A stretch of DNA of 64,000 nt from Neophaeotheca triangularis (GCA_054600435.1 BAAIJX010000001.1:992001-1056000), one strand, 5' to 3'; positions 21,831 to 34,456 are shown, numbered from the stretch's first letter. Notes: generated from the sequence alone by a model not told the origin. Program-made: numbers and translations.

Positions 21831-24674
21831 ATGGATAAAGACGAGCTACCACGTTACGATGAGCTGGTCGCTCCAAGAAGGCGTAAACATCGCCACCGAA
21901 AGCGTCGGATTGTCAAACTTCTCGTCATCTTTTGCCTGATTTACTTAGTCTTCACGACTTTATATAATGCCCGAGGCTCAAAGCAGCATAGCAATGCGCT
22001 ATTGTCACAACGAAAGCTTCGAGAAAACCACGAGACGTGTTCAAAACTTCGTTCGAAACCAAAGGATCCCTCCGGAAGCCGAGAACGCAACGCCAGGTAC
22101 ATCGAAGGCAACGAACCCGTTCTGATCAGGAACGCCACGGTATGGACTGGCGATCCGATTCCTGGCGCCTCTCCCGAGGATATTAAGTCCGGACAAGGCT
22201 ACTCATGGCACCAGACCGATGTTTTGATGGAGCACGGTCTCATCAAGCGCGTGGAACCCGGCATCGCGAGCTTGCCCGAGGGTTGTGTGGTGTACGAAGC
22301 CCACGGGAGACAGCTGACTGCTGGTATTGTGGATATGCACTCGCACGCTGGCCCGGATCCTTTACCTGAGCTCACCGGGGGCGAAGATGAAAACGAGGTG
22401 TCCGGTGATGTCACGCCATTCGCTCGCGTCCTTGACGCTATAAACCCACTTGATAATCAACTGCAAGTCATAAAGTCAGGTGGCGTGACATCCTCATTGG
22501 TGTTGCCAGGTTCTGCAAACAACATCGCTGGCGAAGCTGTGGTCATCAAGCACGCTGTGGGCAAGCCAGATGGCAGGGCTCAGATTAGCGCCGAAGACAT
22601 GCTTGCTGACCCTGAACGGAACTGGAGGTACATGAAGATGGCTTGCGGTGAGAACGCAAAGCGTGTCTATGGTAGAATAGGCCGAGGCCCTGCAAGCCGG
22701 ATGGGTGAGGCCTGGCAGTTCCGACACGGCTTCGAGCAGGCGGCGGCACTCAGGACCAAGCAGGACGATTGGTGCGCCGCTGCTGATGAGTACGGCGTCG
22801 AGTCCATGACCGAGTACTTGCCCGAGGATCTGAGATGGGAAAGCCTAAGCGCCGTACTTCGGGGTCAAGTTCACGTAAACACACATTGCTACACCATCGC
22901 TGATCTGGAGTCTTTTGTTCGGCATACTAACGAATTCGCGTTCCCGATCCGGGCTTTCCATCACGCACATCAGACATACTTGGTGCCCGAAATTCTCAAG
23001 CGAGCCTACGGAGAGCGCCCTCCAGCTGCCGCTCTATTTGCCGACAACATGTATTACAAGCTCGAAGCCTACACTGCTAGCGAACAAGCAGGAAAAATCC
23101 TCAACGAGCAGGGCATCACCCCCGTCTATGTGAGCGACAATCCCGTCCTCAACGCGCAGCATGTAGTCTTCGAAGCCGCCAAAGCCTACCGTTACGGTTT
23201 ACCGTACCACGTCGCGCTTGCCGGAGTGACCTCAGCATCGGCCGAACTCCTTGGTCTTGGCGAGAGGATCGGCAAGGTGAAGCCAGGTTACGATGCTGAC
23301 GTTGTTGTTTGGGACTCGGATCCACTAAGTGTAGGTGCTGCTCCTGCTCAGGTATGGATTGACGGAGCAGCGCAGTTCGACCATCCTGTTGAATTGAACA
23401 AGGCGTTTGCGCCTACTGAACCGGACACCGCGATCCGAGACACATATGATAGCTTGATCGAGGAGACAAACGCTATATTCACTGGCATTACCAAGGTTAT
23501 GCTCCCGGGCCACGAAGAGGACTTTACGCAAGGCCACCGTAGACGAAACAGGGCAACGCTTGTAATGACGAACGGCACGATTACCTGCCTTGGTACGTGC
23601 GAAGCTGAAGTCCAGACAGCCAAAGAACATAACTTCCCAAGCTTCTCGCTCAGGGACGGACACATTATCCCTCCCCTGACAGCATTTGGATCGTCCCTGG
23701 GCATGGAGGAAATCGCCGGCGAAAGCGACACCAAAGACGGAGCTAACGACGACGATTCCTTCAGCGCCGCAATAGACGGTCTGATGCTCGACGGTAAAGG
23801 TCTTGCCGCAGCTTATCGCCACGGTGTAACTCGCGCAATCTCGGCACCAGCGTACAAGGGTGGAGGCAGTAAGGGCGTGAGCGTAGGCTTTCGCACCGGT
23901 GCTATCAACACAGTGCAAGAAGGCGCGGTCTGGCAGAACCGAATATCGCTACACTATGATCTGACCCTGAACGCGAAGCAAGGAAAGACCCCTAGTCTTT
24001 CGAGCGCTGTAGGCGAGCTTCGGAGAAAATTGCTCAAAGCGGTGAAAGACGAGGATGCCGAAGCTTCTAAAGAGCCCTCTGACGAAGAAACCTCTCTCTT
24101 GGCAGTCGTACAGGGTGCCCTGCCCCTCGTGATATCGGTGCACAGCGCAGACATCATCGCTTCTCTTCTACGAGTCAAGTCTGAAATTGACCAAGTTCTC
24201 GAAGTATCGTCCAAGGCCAAACCGCTTCGACTTATCATCATAGGCGGTGCAGAATCCCACCTTGTTGCCCCAGAGCTCGCGGCTGCAGAGGTCGGCGTAG
24301 TATTAGCTCCCATGCTTCCATACGCGGTCGAGTGGGACCAACGCAGGTCGCTGACAGGCGCACCGCTTACCAATGGCACGGCTTTGGATGCGCTCATCTC
24401 TGCAGGGGTAAAGGTTGCCATCAGCACTTCTGAAGATTGGGAGACTCGCGATCTGGATCTGTTGGCGGGTATAGCGTATGCCAACGCGGGCGGGAAGGTC
24501 AGCGAGAGCGAGGCACTGGCGCTTGCTGGCGCCAATATATACGAGATGTTAGGGCTGGAAGAAACGGGTGAGGGGCTTGACGAGTTTGTGGTGTATGAAG
24601 GCAATCCTTTGCGGATCGAAGGTAGGGTGCGAGCGGTTATTGATGGGAGGGGCAAAGCTAGTATCTGGTCTTAG
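21831..24674 (+). CDS. Membrane-anchored amidohydrolase-family metallo-dependent hydrolase with two amidohydrolase-like halves
   Basis: 947-aa ORF; N-terminal TM helix after a basic cluster; GIVDMHSH (HxH metal motif), KMACGEN, HCY, FHHAH, SDNPV and GKVKPGYDADVVVWDSDPL. The second half lacks HxH. Confidence 0.9.
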   Translation: MDKDELPRYDELVAPRRRKHRHRKRRIVKLLVIFCLIYLVFTTLYNARGSKQHSNALLSQRKLRENHETCSKLRSKPKDPSGSRERNARYIEGNEPVLIRNATVWTGDPIPGASPEDIKSGQGYSWHQTDVLMEHGLIKRVEPGIASLPEGCVVYEAHGRQLTAGIVDMHSHAGPDPLPELTGGEDENEVSGDVTPFARVLDAINPLDNQLQVIKSGGVTSSLVLPGSANNIAGEAVVIKHAVGKPDGRAQISAEDMLADPERNWRYMKMACGENAKRVYGRIGRGPASRMGEAWQFRHGFEQAAALRTKQDDWCAAADEYGVESMTEYLPEDLRWESLSAVLRGQVHVNTHCYTIADLESFVRHTNEFAFPIRAFHHAHQTYLVPEILKRAYGERPPAAALFADNMYYKLEAYTASEQAGKILNEQGITPVYVSDNPVLNAQHVVFEAAKAYRYGLPYHVALAGVTSASAELLGLGERIGKVKPGYDADVVVWDSDPLSVGAAPAQVWIDGAAQFDHPVELNKAFAPTEPDTAIRDTYDSLIEETNAIFTGITKVMLPGHEEDFTQGHRRRNRATLVMTNGTITCLGTCEAEVQTAKEHNFPSFSLRDGHIIPPLTAFGSSLGMEEIAGESDTKDGANDDDSFSAAIDGLMLDGKGLAAAYRHGVTRAISAPAYKGGGSKGVSVGFRTGAINTVQEGAVWQNRISLHYDLTLNAKQGKTPSLSSAVGELRRKLLKAVKDEDAEASKEPSDEETSLLAVVQGALPLVISVHSADIIASLLRVKSEIDQVLEVSSKAKPLRLIIIGGAESHLVAPELAAAEVGVVLAPMLPYAVEWDQRRSLTGAPLTNGTALDALISAGVKVAISTSEDWETRDLDLLAGIAYANAGGKVSESEALALAGANIYEMLGLEETGEGLDEFVVYEGNPLRIEGRVRAVIDGRGKASIWS

Positions 24675-24822
24675 ATCTTCATAGCCAGGATACCCATGAA
24701 CGCGGATTCATGTGTGCTGTTGATAGATTTCAAGATTGTCTGTAGAGGGTCAACTGTCACGCATGATTTCCTATCGCCGCTATTTCAGGTGGGGCGTAGC
24801 GCGCGAATAGCAGCTACTAGTA

Positions 24823-24927
24823 TCATGTGCCATCTTGTGCATGTCGGATATCGTATCTACCTTGAGTATTAGTTCATGTGCCATCTTGTGCATGTCGGAT
24901 ATCGTATCTACCTTGAGTATTAGTTCA
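24823..24927. repeat. Perfect 51-bp tandem duplication
   Basis: tcatgtgccatcttgtgcatgtcggatatcgtatctaccttgagtattagt occurs at 24823 and 24874. Confidence 0.95.
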
Positions 24928-25164
24928 AACATAGGCATTGTGTAGGTATGGAGCACCACCTGGGCAATTAGAGAGGGACGTGACGTTGCATCACTGCGGC
25001 TAACAAAGCAGCCATTGCCTAGCGTGATCTCCGAGCAGCCAATAGTGTCAAAGCCGATAACCACAACTTCCGCAGCTCGGCCTCAGCAGCAATGCGCGCA
25101 TAGTCGGCAGCCAAAGACCGCCCATTGAACCCGCACCAAGCTCTCAGTCACCACAGCAATCACA

Positions 25165-25775
25165 ATGTCGTCTGGCTATGGTCTCACCGGAGGTATGGCG
25201 CCCCAACAAAAATCGCGCAGACTGCGCAGAAAACCAGAACACCCAGCTCACTGCCCTACTCCTCAACCCACCAGGTCCCTCCCGCTGCTTTCCCTTCTGG
25301 CAAGAGGTGCTCGCCTGCTACGTCGTAAACACTTCCGCCGAGAACGACGAGGGCAAGCGGAAGTGCCAGCCCATGCTCGAGGACTACTACGAATGCCTGC
25401 ACCACCGGAAAGAGGTACGCAACCACGCACACCAGAAAGAGTAGCAACGGAAGCCCACACGCGCCGCAATAGCAAAGAGCGTGGAAGACACTTGTGGTCT
25501 CAGAATGGAGCTCAAATTGACTGACTATTCGCGTCTCCGTTCTGCAGAAAGCCAAGGTCTCCGCCCTGCAAGCCGCCTACCGCAAGAAAGAGGCCTCGAC
25601 CTCGCGAGACGAAGCCCCGAGCGCGGGTCAAGTACGGAGTCTGGGACTTATAGATGGGAACAAAGAGGAGAAGAACCTGAAGCCCGCGAGCTTGCTGCCG
25701 GCGTACGATGACAACTTGCCCAAGGGCGCGGCGTGGGCGGGGAATAGAGGGGTTTTGGGGACGCGGGCGTTTTAA
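25165..25775 (+). CDS. NDUFS5: Mitochondrial complex I accessory subunit (NDUFS5/15 kDa family, twin CX9C-type)
   Basis: Exons 25165-25192, 25275-25414 and 25548-25775 give MSSGYGLTGGPSRCFPFWQEVLACYVVN...KCQPMLEDYYECLHHRKE (131 aa). Confidence 0.9.
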
Positions 25776-25873
25776 GGGAATACGGTTGTGTATATACTTT
25801 GCTGGTATGCGAAAGCGTAGGCAAGTGATGGGTTGATTGAGCTATTTGAAGGGGATGGTTGTATGCGTGGGCT

Positions 25874-27032
25874 TCAGAGTGCTGCTTGGAGCCGTGCTCC
25901 TGGGCCCGTGGTGAAGGCTGCCCATCGCCCTACCCGCCTGCCGTATCTGTCTTGCAGTACCTCGAGTACGTCGACTTCTCGCCCGCGTCGTTTCCCCTCA
26001 CCACTGCCAGAGCGAGTGCCATCCGTACTTCTTGGCACCTTATGCAGCAGCAAATGTAGGTCCAGTAGGTAGTTGAAGCTCCTTCCCAGCGCAGGCTGCA
26101 AGTTGCACGAAGAGAAGACACTCGGGGAGTCGCCATCCTTGCTAGTCGCTGAAGAGTAAGTTGTGCTCAGCAAGATGGTGCAGAGGTTTTGCCCCCGGGT
26201 CAGGTGGGACAGCGAGCGCATGAACGAGCCGAGGAATGCTTGGCCTTGTGGGTGATTCTGTTTGAGTAGTGGCGAGGCGACGTGGGCAATGTCAGTAATC
26301 AGCAGGAGGCCAGGACTTTTAATACGATCGCCTTGGGATTCTCCATGAGTGAAAGATGCTTCTCCCGGCTGTTGTGCCTGTTGATACGCTATCGACGCGT
26401 GTGCAGGGAAATCGAGCATCTCTTCTTCGTCACCCTGGCTATCTGCAATGGTGCTCTTGAGTGCCGGAGGCCGTGGTGTTGTCCAGAGCCGCGAGGATGT
26501 CGCGTTTTTCAAATTGGAGCGCACCTCATCAACACTTTCAGTCATGCCCACGAAGTCAAAGACTTTCATAATCTGGACACGATCGAGAGTTGCCAAAGCT
26601 TCTTGCCTAAGGACATCTTCTGCGGCTTCTGGCTTCTGATTGCGAAGTCTAGCCAACAAGGCATCGTTTAATTGGCGAATGTCAAAGCCGAGTGTAGTGT
26701 CGATAATGGTAGCTTCTAGTAGTGGTTCCGACGTTAGATGAGAGGCGAGGAACGACAGAACGAGCTGGTGGAATTGTCAGAATCGACCTGTTGATGCTAA
26801 TTGCTGAAGAAGGCCTCACCTCGCTCGGACTGCTCGTGTCTTCGGCACTGATACAGCATAAGCTGCCTTCACTGCCATAGTCGAGCCCGCCGTCGAGGAC
26901 GCCGTCAATAGGCTGACAGCCGGTTGCGAGCTTCCTGCATGTCTTTGGAGCGTTGCCGAGTGCGTAGTCATCAAAACCAGGGGACGCAATTCGAAACAGC
27001 GCAGATGCAAGTTGAGGCTCAGCCGCCGCCAT
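25874..27032 (-). CDS. Rad51/RecA-fold paralog with degenerate Walker A
   Basis: Exons 27032-26820 and 26764-25874 (367 aa). LATGCQPIDGVLDGGL, TIIDTTLGFD, LDRVQIMKVFDF, LLLITDI and QPALGRSFNYLLDLHLLL match the Rad51-paralog layout. Confidence 0.75.
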
Positions 27033-27490
27033 GGCTCCTTGATGCTGCTATCGACGGCTTCAAGTGGGAAGAAATATCAATATTTGCTTAATCCCACATC
27101 GTGGAATTGATGTGCGTCCGACATCCCGTGATTATTTTATGTGTCCAGTAGCTTCTGGTTGACTACTCCCATGTAGCTCAATACATCAGAGTCTGAGGGA
27201 ATATCTGACCTGGAGCGGGAAATGAAGTGGCCCGGTTCCATGTGCATGTCTGGTAGAATCCATCCGTGGCCTAGCGTCGACTTCGTTTAAGCCAATTAGA
27301 TCTCATCCACGCCATCTTCACATGCAAAAGTTACGACAGGGCAAGCTTCAGTCAAACAACAACCTCTCTCGCTCTTTTCGAACACACAGTCTCTTGTCGC
27401 AATTCCACAAATTCACCGAAGAGAGGACATAGCTGTACAGTTGGTCGCGGCTTACGCCTCCAAGTGTACACTGCAACCGCGCAGCACATT

Positions 27491-28480
27491 ATGCAGTCTA
27501 TCCGCACCATCGCCAAACTCAACGACCTCGAGCTCCAGAAAGTCGTCCCGCCAAACGCCTCCTGGCACACAGACTACCGCGACACTGCTTACATCTACTT
27601 CGGCGGCATTCAAACCGACCCAGAGTTGAGTGAAGGTGACGTGCTCACCATCTTCTCCCAGTACGGCAACCCGGTGCACATTCGTCTCCAGCGCGACAAT
27701 GACACTGGCGCGAGCAAGGGCTATGGCTGGCTGAAGTATGAGGACCAGAGAAGCTGTGATTTGGCCGTGGACAATTTGAGTGGGGCGGAGGTTATGGGGA
27801 AGAAGTTGGCGGTGGATCATGCGAGGTATAAGAAGAAGGAAGGCGAGGTTGAGGGGATCCCGGATGAGGATGAGGAGGATGGGACGGATGACGAGGGTGG
27901 GAGGAAGAGGAGACGGATTGAGGGCGGTAGGGAGGAGAGCGATAGCGAGGAGGAGAGGCCGATGTTGAAGGAGGAGATGGAGTTGGCAAAGCTGGAGAGG
28001 GAGATGGATGATGAAGATCCTATGAAGGCATACATGGTCAAGGACAAAAAAGCGGAGGTCGAGGAAGCTCGGAAGACGGTTTCGAAGGGGAAGCAAGACA
28101 GGAAAGAGAAGGAGCACCGGCACCGGCAGAGATCGAGGAGAGACGGCTCGGGCGATGAGGACGATCGAAGAAAGCGCAAACACCACAGGTCAAGACGTCA
28201 GGATGACGATGACGATGAACAAAAAGAGGGCCGCGAGCGCAGACATCGGAAATATCGTTCGCGCCGTGATGGGGAAGACGATGACGCAGATGGAGATCGC
28301 GACCATCATCGTTCACGACCAGAGAGGTCTCGCTCTCCGTACAGGAAGCGCAAGCACTCGCGTTCTGCTTCCAGGGAAGAGCTGAGAGAAAGCCACAGCT
28401 CCAAGCGCGAGGAACAGAGGAATTTGCCAAAGGAAAGGTCACGCAGCAGGGAGCCGTACAGGAGGAGATCACGTTCTTGA
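27491..28480 (+). CDS. IST3: RES complex / U2 snRNP RRM protein Ist3/Snu17 (RBMX2) with RS-rich tail
   Basis: SWHTDYRDTAYIYFGG...LSEGDVLTIFSQYG...SKGYGWLKYEDQRSCDLAVDNL...VDH. Confidence 0.92.
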   Translation: MQSIRTIAKLNDLELQKVVPPNASWHTDYRDTAYIYFGGIQTDPELSEGDVLTIFSQYGNPVHIRLQRDNDTGASKGYGWLKYEDQRSCDLAVDNLSGAEVMGKKLAVDHARYKKKEGEVEGIPDEDEEDGTDDEGGRKRRRIEGGREESDSEEERPMLKEEMELAKLEREMDDEDPMKAYMVKDKKAEVEEARKTVSKGKQDRKEKEHRHRQRSRRDGSGDEDDRRKRKHHRSRRQDDDDDEQKEGRERRHRKYRSRRDGEDDDADGDRDHHRSRPERSRSPYRKRKHSRSASREELRESHSSKREEQRNLPKERSRSREPYRRRSRS

Positions 28481-29639
28481 GTTCGCACATCACGGGAGAG
28501 GCAAACTTCGTGCATACTAGCAACGATCTCTGGCAGGATGGTGAACCCGGCATCTGCAGCAGATGAGCTGCGAAGGCTCATAAGCGTTGAGGGACGTGCG
28601 ACAGACCACCAGACTCCGCCGAGGTCAGTTGTGCGTAAATGCCAAAGGACATCTGATTTGCCCGGGACAAGATTCTCAAGTCGGAGCCATTCCCTGTTTG
28701 CTTACCTCGGGCGGAATTTGCACAAGAAAACATCCCGGCGAGTTTTACTCCAACTGGAGCGACTGTGGTCACCATAATTCAAAACCCGTACGTAAATTAG
28801 CGTGCACCTACAGGAGCCAATGAAGAAGCGTTGATGGATTGACATGACTTGGCGCACTTTTCTGCCAGCATGGCATCAACATTCACCCCGACAGGCGGCT
28901 TGTCGCAGGCACGAAAGCTTTTGCAATACCTCCATGCGCATCATCGGCCTCGCTCGCGCGTTTGCTTGATGCGCTGACCCGTGTGTCCAGTGTTGCTTTC
29001 TGTGTCGGCATGTACCGAGCATCGAGCGACCCCCCTCTGTCGCACAACATATGTCAACGGACCAGGTTTGGTGCGACCGGCAACCACTCCAGTGTTACCC
29101 ACACTCGCTCGAGTACACACCTCAGTCGAGAGCTTGATTACCACCCGCGTACCCTCAACTCGAGCCGACCACAGTGCACTTTCCCCTTAGAGATTGATCA
29201 GATCTTACGCAGAAGCAGGAGCTTATGTATGTAGTACCTGCGATAGCCGCAGGCGCGACAAAGTCTCGATCCCATCGCATTCAAGGTCACGCTTACTGCC
29301 TTCTTACACCGTGGCCCTCGTGACTGCACACATCCGGAGACCTGTCACCGTGCCAACGTGAAACAGTGCCACCGACGAGTAAGTACATACCAGCGGACGA
29401 CGGCAGGGAAGGTAGATCAACCCAGCAGTCTCATATAATCCCTTCCTACACCGCCATCATCGCCTTGACACATATACCGCGCCTTACCCACAACCGAAAA
29501 AACCTATACTCCAACTCATCAAAGGGAACAAAGTACCGCGAACAGCATCCTAGCACCTATAGCCTCCTAAGCCGGTATCGAAACAACACCAACAACACCA
29601 AAATCCACCGCCACCGCCACCATCAACGAACAACCAATC

Positions 29640-30015
29640 ATGCCTTCCTTCCAGATTGTCATCCTCGCTCTCACCGCAGCCTTCGCCCAGGCTCTCGCCA
29701 TGCCCGCCCCAGCCCGCATGGCTAGAAACAACCTCATCGTCAGCCGGCAAGACTCGACCTTTCCGGAAGGCCTCTGCGACTGGGAAGACACTTGCCGACC
29801 GCTCTTTCAAAGCTGCGTGAGGGATTGTGGGAGCTTGAGGGGGAGTGAGTGGTAAGTTCTCCTTTCTGTTGCCCAGGCCTTGCCATGGGCCGAAGCTGAC
29901 GTGTGCCGGGGGGGTTAGTTTTGGCGCTGTCTCCGCGCCTGGATGCCAGGGGTGTGTAGTTGTTATTGCTGGGTGTGCGGCTGAGGATGAGGAGATTGAG
30001 AGGGCTGCGGCTTGA
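29640..30015 (+). CDS. Small secreted cysteine-rich protein (102 aa, 8 Cys), effector candidate
   Basis: Signal peptide MPSFQIVILALTAAFAQALA; intron 29852-29918 (GTAAGT...GCTGAC...TAG); mature region CDWEDTCRPLFQSCVRDCGSLRGSECFGAVSAPGCQGCVVVIAGC. Confidence 0.75.
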
Positions 30016-30963
30016 GCGGTGGTTTTCGTTCAGAGATTCGATTTGTGACTTGGGTAATGGATGGACTGGAGGCTTAAAGTTGATTTGGTTACCTGCAATG
30101 GCTGCTTTACTTATGGTTGATGGTTTTGGAGACGGAAATGCTTGGAGGGAGGTTTGGGTTGCTTGAGCAGCGGGTGTGCCGGCGCTTCGATTCTTGATAA
30201 GTTCAGCATCACGCAATGATGGAGCATAGTACACTTTGACTCTTATGACTTGCTCGATGCTGTGGCTCTCTGGGTCGAGTTGCCCTCTGCCTTGGCGACT
30301 GCTCCTGCACTTGGGTAAGTCTTAGAGTTGGATAGGTAATTGCCGAACATCAATACCGTTTTCAAGAGCGCTCTATGTAGCTCAATTCGGACACTGCCAA
30401 CCATGGCTCCCCATGGGGAGTTATGTGTTCAGCGTGAGCAGCTGCAGCCCATGGGGTATCAGAGTCGAGAGGCGATCGGAAAAGTTGCCGAAAGGGGCCT
30501 TGGCATGGAAACCAATATCACGTGGCAGCCGCCAACTCACCCTGTCATGTTCCGGAGGTAAGTTTTAACCCGATACTCACAGCGCTAGAGTAACGATGCT
30601 AACCTTGACCAACTTTTAGCAGCCTAAGGTATCATTATTATTGACGGAGAAACATTCCTTTGGTTAGGATGTCTGACTCGATAGAAACGTTCCTGTTGCT
30701 CATGTCGCCTAATAATAAAGATCGGGAGATGAGCCTCACAGGCCAAGACTCAAAGCATCCTTCGGCTCTTGGATTCCGAAGGATCGCGTCTTCGCTCCAA
30801 GAGTCCAACCTACAAGAATGGCTGTGTCCTTACTCCTCAGCTGTCTCTACAGCCGTCTCCTCTATAATAAGAGGTCCGTCAGGAGGCACGAAGGGTTCGG
30901 ATTGACTTCGGTCGAATAGCTTCCACCTTTGGCTTGTTATCTCAGCATACATACCTCACAAAG

Positions 30964-33555
30964 ATGTTACTACGCGCCGCGGTACTGTTGCCTGCCGCTC
31001 TCATAACTGGGTTAGCCACGGCCGCGCTGTCACCCAGGCAAACCTCGGAAGAAGAGCCTTGTGCGCAACTCGCCTCATTATACAACGGAACCCACCGACT
31101 CTATCCTCCAGAACTTACCCTGCAATGCCTCCGTTCTGTTCCCCTGGCCAAAGAAGACAACGCTGCTCAACTCGCCGGCCTCAAGCAGTTTGTCCAATTT
31201 CAGAGCGATCTCGAATACCTTCGCGAGCGTCCAGGGGGTATCTTTCCAAGCGTCGATTTACTCCAAAGCCTTGACGACCTGGCTGATCGCCTGGAAAACG
31301 ATGAGTACTCGAACGAGTACGACTTTCAGCTGGATATCTATCGTCTTTTTCAATCTGCTCATGACGGACACCTGAGTTATCTGCCCGACATTGTTGGAGT
31401 GTTTGCCTTTATGAGACCCGACGATTCAGAATCACCAGACTTTTCAATCACCACGGGCGACTTGAACAATACAACTGCCTTGGTCTCGGTGAGTTCGGAA
31501 AAATTGGTGACGAGGGCACAGCCTCGCCGCTTGATGTAAGGTGTTCTGTTGGCTGATATGGCACGTGTGCAGCTATCTACGAACAGCACTTCTTTACCGG
31601 AGGTGTACGCTCAAAGGGATGTCGCAGCTCTGCTAGACCCCGACTCTGCAGATTACAGTCCATCGGCCATCGAACAGATTAATGGTGATGACGTAGAAGC
31701 TTTTCTCAACGCCTACGCTCTTCAAAACGGGTTACAATCCGATCTAGACAGCAATTACAACAGCCTGTTCCCCAGCGTACCCCTACAAGCGCGAGGTCCC
31801 CAACATGGCGTATTTTCGTACTCACGACAGTATCAAGGGAACGTAACACAGCTCTCTTTTGAGAATGGTACCGACCTCGTCATCCGTAATGCAGCAGTCT
31901 TGACAGCGTTTTGGGAGACCCAAGGCTTGGCGGACATTGCTAATGGACAGGACTTCTTCGAAAGGTTCTGTACCAGAGACATCTTGAATACGACGGCACA
32001 GGGGACTGTGGTGGATTCCATCTTCCCAACCGATAATACCACGCAGGTTCCATACGAGCCGGTTTCCACCGAGGGCGTGAGCCCGCCTAGTGACGCGTTT
32101 CCTAGCCCAGTGGTAAAAGCTGGAGACTCAAGTGTTGCTGGGTATTTGCCCGAGGACGAGCCAGAACTGGCAGTTCTTTCAATCAGCAGCTTCAACCCTC
32201 TTGAACCGGTTGATTTTCAGAACACAGTTCGCCAACTGTTGGCGACCGCAAACGCAAACAACAGAACGCGGCTCGTGATCGACCTTCGCGGCAATGCCGG
32301 GGGCTTGATTGCCTTAGCTACCGATACTTTTCGCCAGCTATTTCCGTCCGAGGTACCGTACTCGGCAGGTAACTACAGGGCTCACGATCTGTTCGACTTC
32401 ACTGGGAGAACGATCAGCGAGGCCGATGATGACGTCCTGGACAATGTTCCCGACCTTAGCCTTGACGACAACTCCACCATCTCTGGAAATTCCTCCCAAC
32501 TCGTCTTGAGTCGCGACGCGCTAGGATGGATCGCGTATCCGTTCAACTATCGGTACGTCTTGGATGTATCGAACGAGTCCTTCAGCTCCTGGGAGGATCT
32601 GTACGGTCCACAGCAAACTGACGGAGACAACTACACTTCTCTCGTGCGGTACAACTTCACTACTTCTAGCAGTGTACAGGTTCCGGTGTATGGCTTCGGG
32701 AACAACACGCAGCCCCAGCCGCAGACCTTTGAACCGGAGAACATTGTGCTCCTCCAAGACGGTCTCTGCGCCTCTACCTGCGCCATCTTCAGCGAAATGA
32801 TGAAAACCCAAGCCGGCGCTCGTAGCGTCGCGGTAGGAGGCCGCAAGCAAACCGGGCCCATGCAAGGCGTAGGAGGCACGAAAGGCTCCTCGCTGGGAAG
32901 TATGGCCCTCCTTTACACGTTGGTCAGCGTGTCTGCAACTGCGGCGTCAATAACCGAGCAGCTCTCGCTCCTGACCGACTACGGCACGGACGAAGGCAAC
33001 TTGTTGGAAATTTCCCAGCAAGCGTTGAACCGACATTCCGCAGCAAGTGCCCCCGCCGTGAATTTTGAAAACAACATTCGTCGCGGGGATGAGTCTCTCA
33101 CGCCTTTGCAGCACGTATATGAGGCTGCTGACTGTCGTATATTCCAGACGGCGGAGATGCTTGATGACCAAGCGGTCCTGTGGACTACGACGCACGACCT
33201 GATGTGGGGGGTTGGAGATGCCGAGTGCGTGGAGGGCTCGACGGGGCAAGAGTCGGCTACCAATGGAACTGACTATTTCAACGCCTCGCTGCCGCAGGGC
33301 GCTCTAAATCTCTTCGGCGGTAATGAAACCGTTTTTGTGAATGGCAGTTTGGGCAATGGTACTTTTAGAGCGTCCCCGAGCGAAGATGGCGACGACGAGG
33401 ACGGTAATGACAACGGCGGTGACGATGGCGATAGAGCGAGTGAGTCATCAAGTGGTGAGGATGATGGCGGCGACGAAAATGATGCTCCGAGGCCGTACGC
33501 TCCTACCGTTGTGACTTTGTCAGTGGTCGGCGTCGCGGCGATGCTAGCCTTGTAG
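30964..33555 (+). CDS. Secreted, probably GPI-anchored peptidase S41-family protein
   Basis: Signal peptide; AHDGHL; intron 31489-31572; LVIDLRGNAGG, LLQDGLCASTCAIF, GPMQGVGGTKG; acidic linker and hydrophobic C-terminal tail. Confidence 0.88.
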
Positions 33556-34456
33556 TTCAGTCGGAATCAATGTCACGATTTAGAGGAGGTTAACTCGTGC
33601 CATACTAGTCCGGTACACTTCAACTGCCAGGGTCGACTTGGAATCCAGGAGTCTACGCTACCTACAGATTCAAGCGTGTGTCTGTTGTGAGTTTTTTTAT
33701 TTCCCCCAGAACTTGGCCTAGCGGCGATGACTGCGATCAATAATATCATCGCTCCACCGCCCTGCCCCGCCCTACCTTTTTGCAGCCCTGAATGGATCCA
33801 TTATTGCGAGCAAATAAGCAAATTGCATGTGGAATTGGAAGGTCTTGTAGAGTCTTGTGGAGTCTTGTGGAGGCTTGTGGGGTAGCAAAGCGTGCAGGTG
33901 GACTGCGAGTGGGCGCATCGGATGGACACCTCATCATTGATTAATAAATGACCAAACATCACACCATCCATGGATCCCTAGCACTCCACTTCGATATACG
34001 GATTAGGTAGTCGGATACTTGGTGAACTCTGCAGCCACCAACGCTTTTTGCCGATCGCCTCACATTTCGTGGCGACTACTGCTTCTCCTTCTCGAGTTCG
34101 ATGCCGTGTCCCGGGTTCCATCCGCATTGCTGTGGGGGTTTTTGGGGGTCTTAGCAAACCTTCAGGTCGAACATGAGCCCGACGTCGCTTCTTCTACCTC
34201 CCACATCTCGGTATTGGCGTAAATTGGATCTCACTGGTCAATGGCAGAAGCAGATCCTTGGGTCAATGCCGTGGGTCTAGTCTGATCATTTCCCGTACTG
34301 AGCAAGGGTTGCACCGGTATCTCCACGCTTTGGAGGAACGTGCCAGCACGGTAGATGAGACGGCGGACAAGGCTGGCATGGCAGAGAGATGATATAGACC
34401 ACGGCGTGACCCTCCTTGTTCTGGCCGTTCGTCCACTTCCTTGATCAACGCCAATC

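Noticed and set aside
27452..28581. Long antisense ORFs over IST3 (similar ones over pacC, SF3B5, qip and the amidohydrolase)
   Set aside because: Shadow frames caused by codon bias and low-complexity sequence of the real genes.
33842..33881. Imperfect 10-bp tandem repeat (GTCTTGTGGA)x4
   Set aside because: Short intergenic slippage repeat with no evidence of function.
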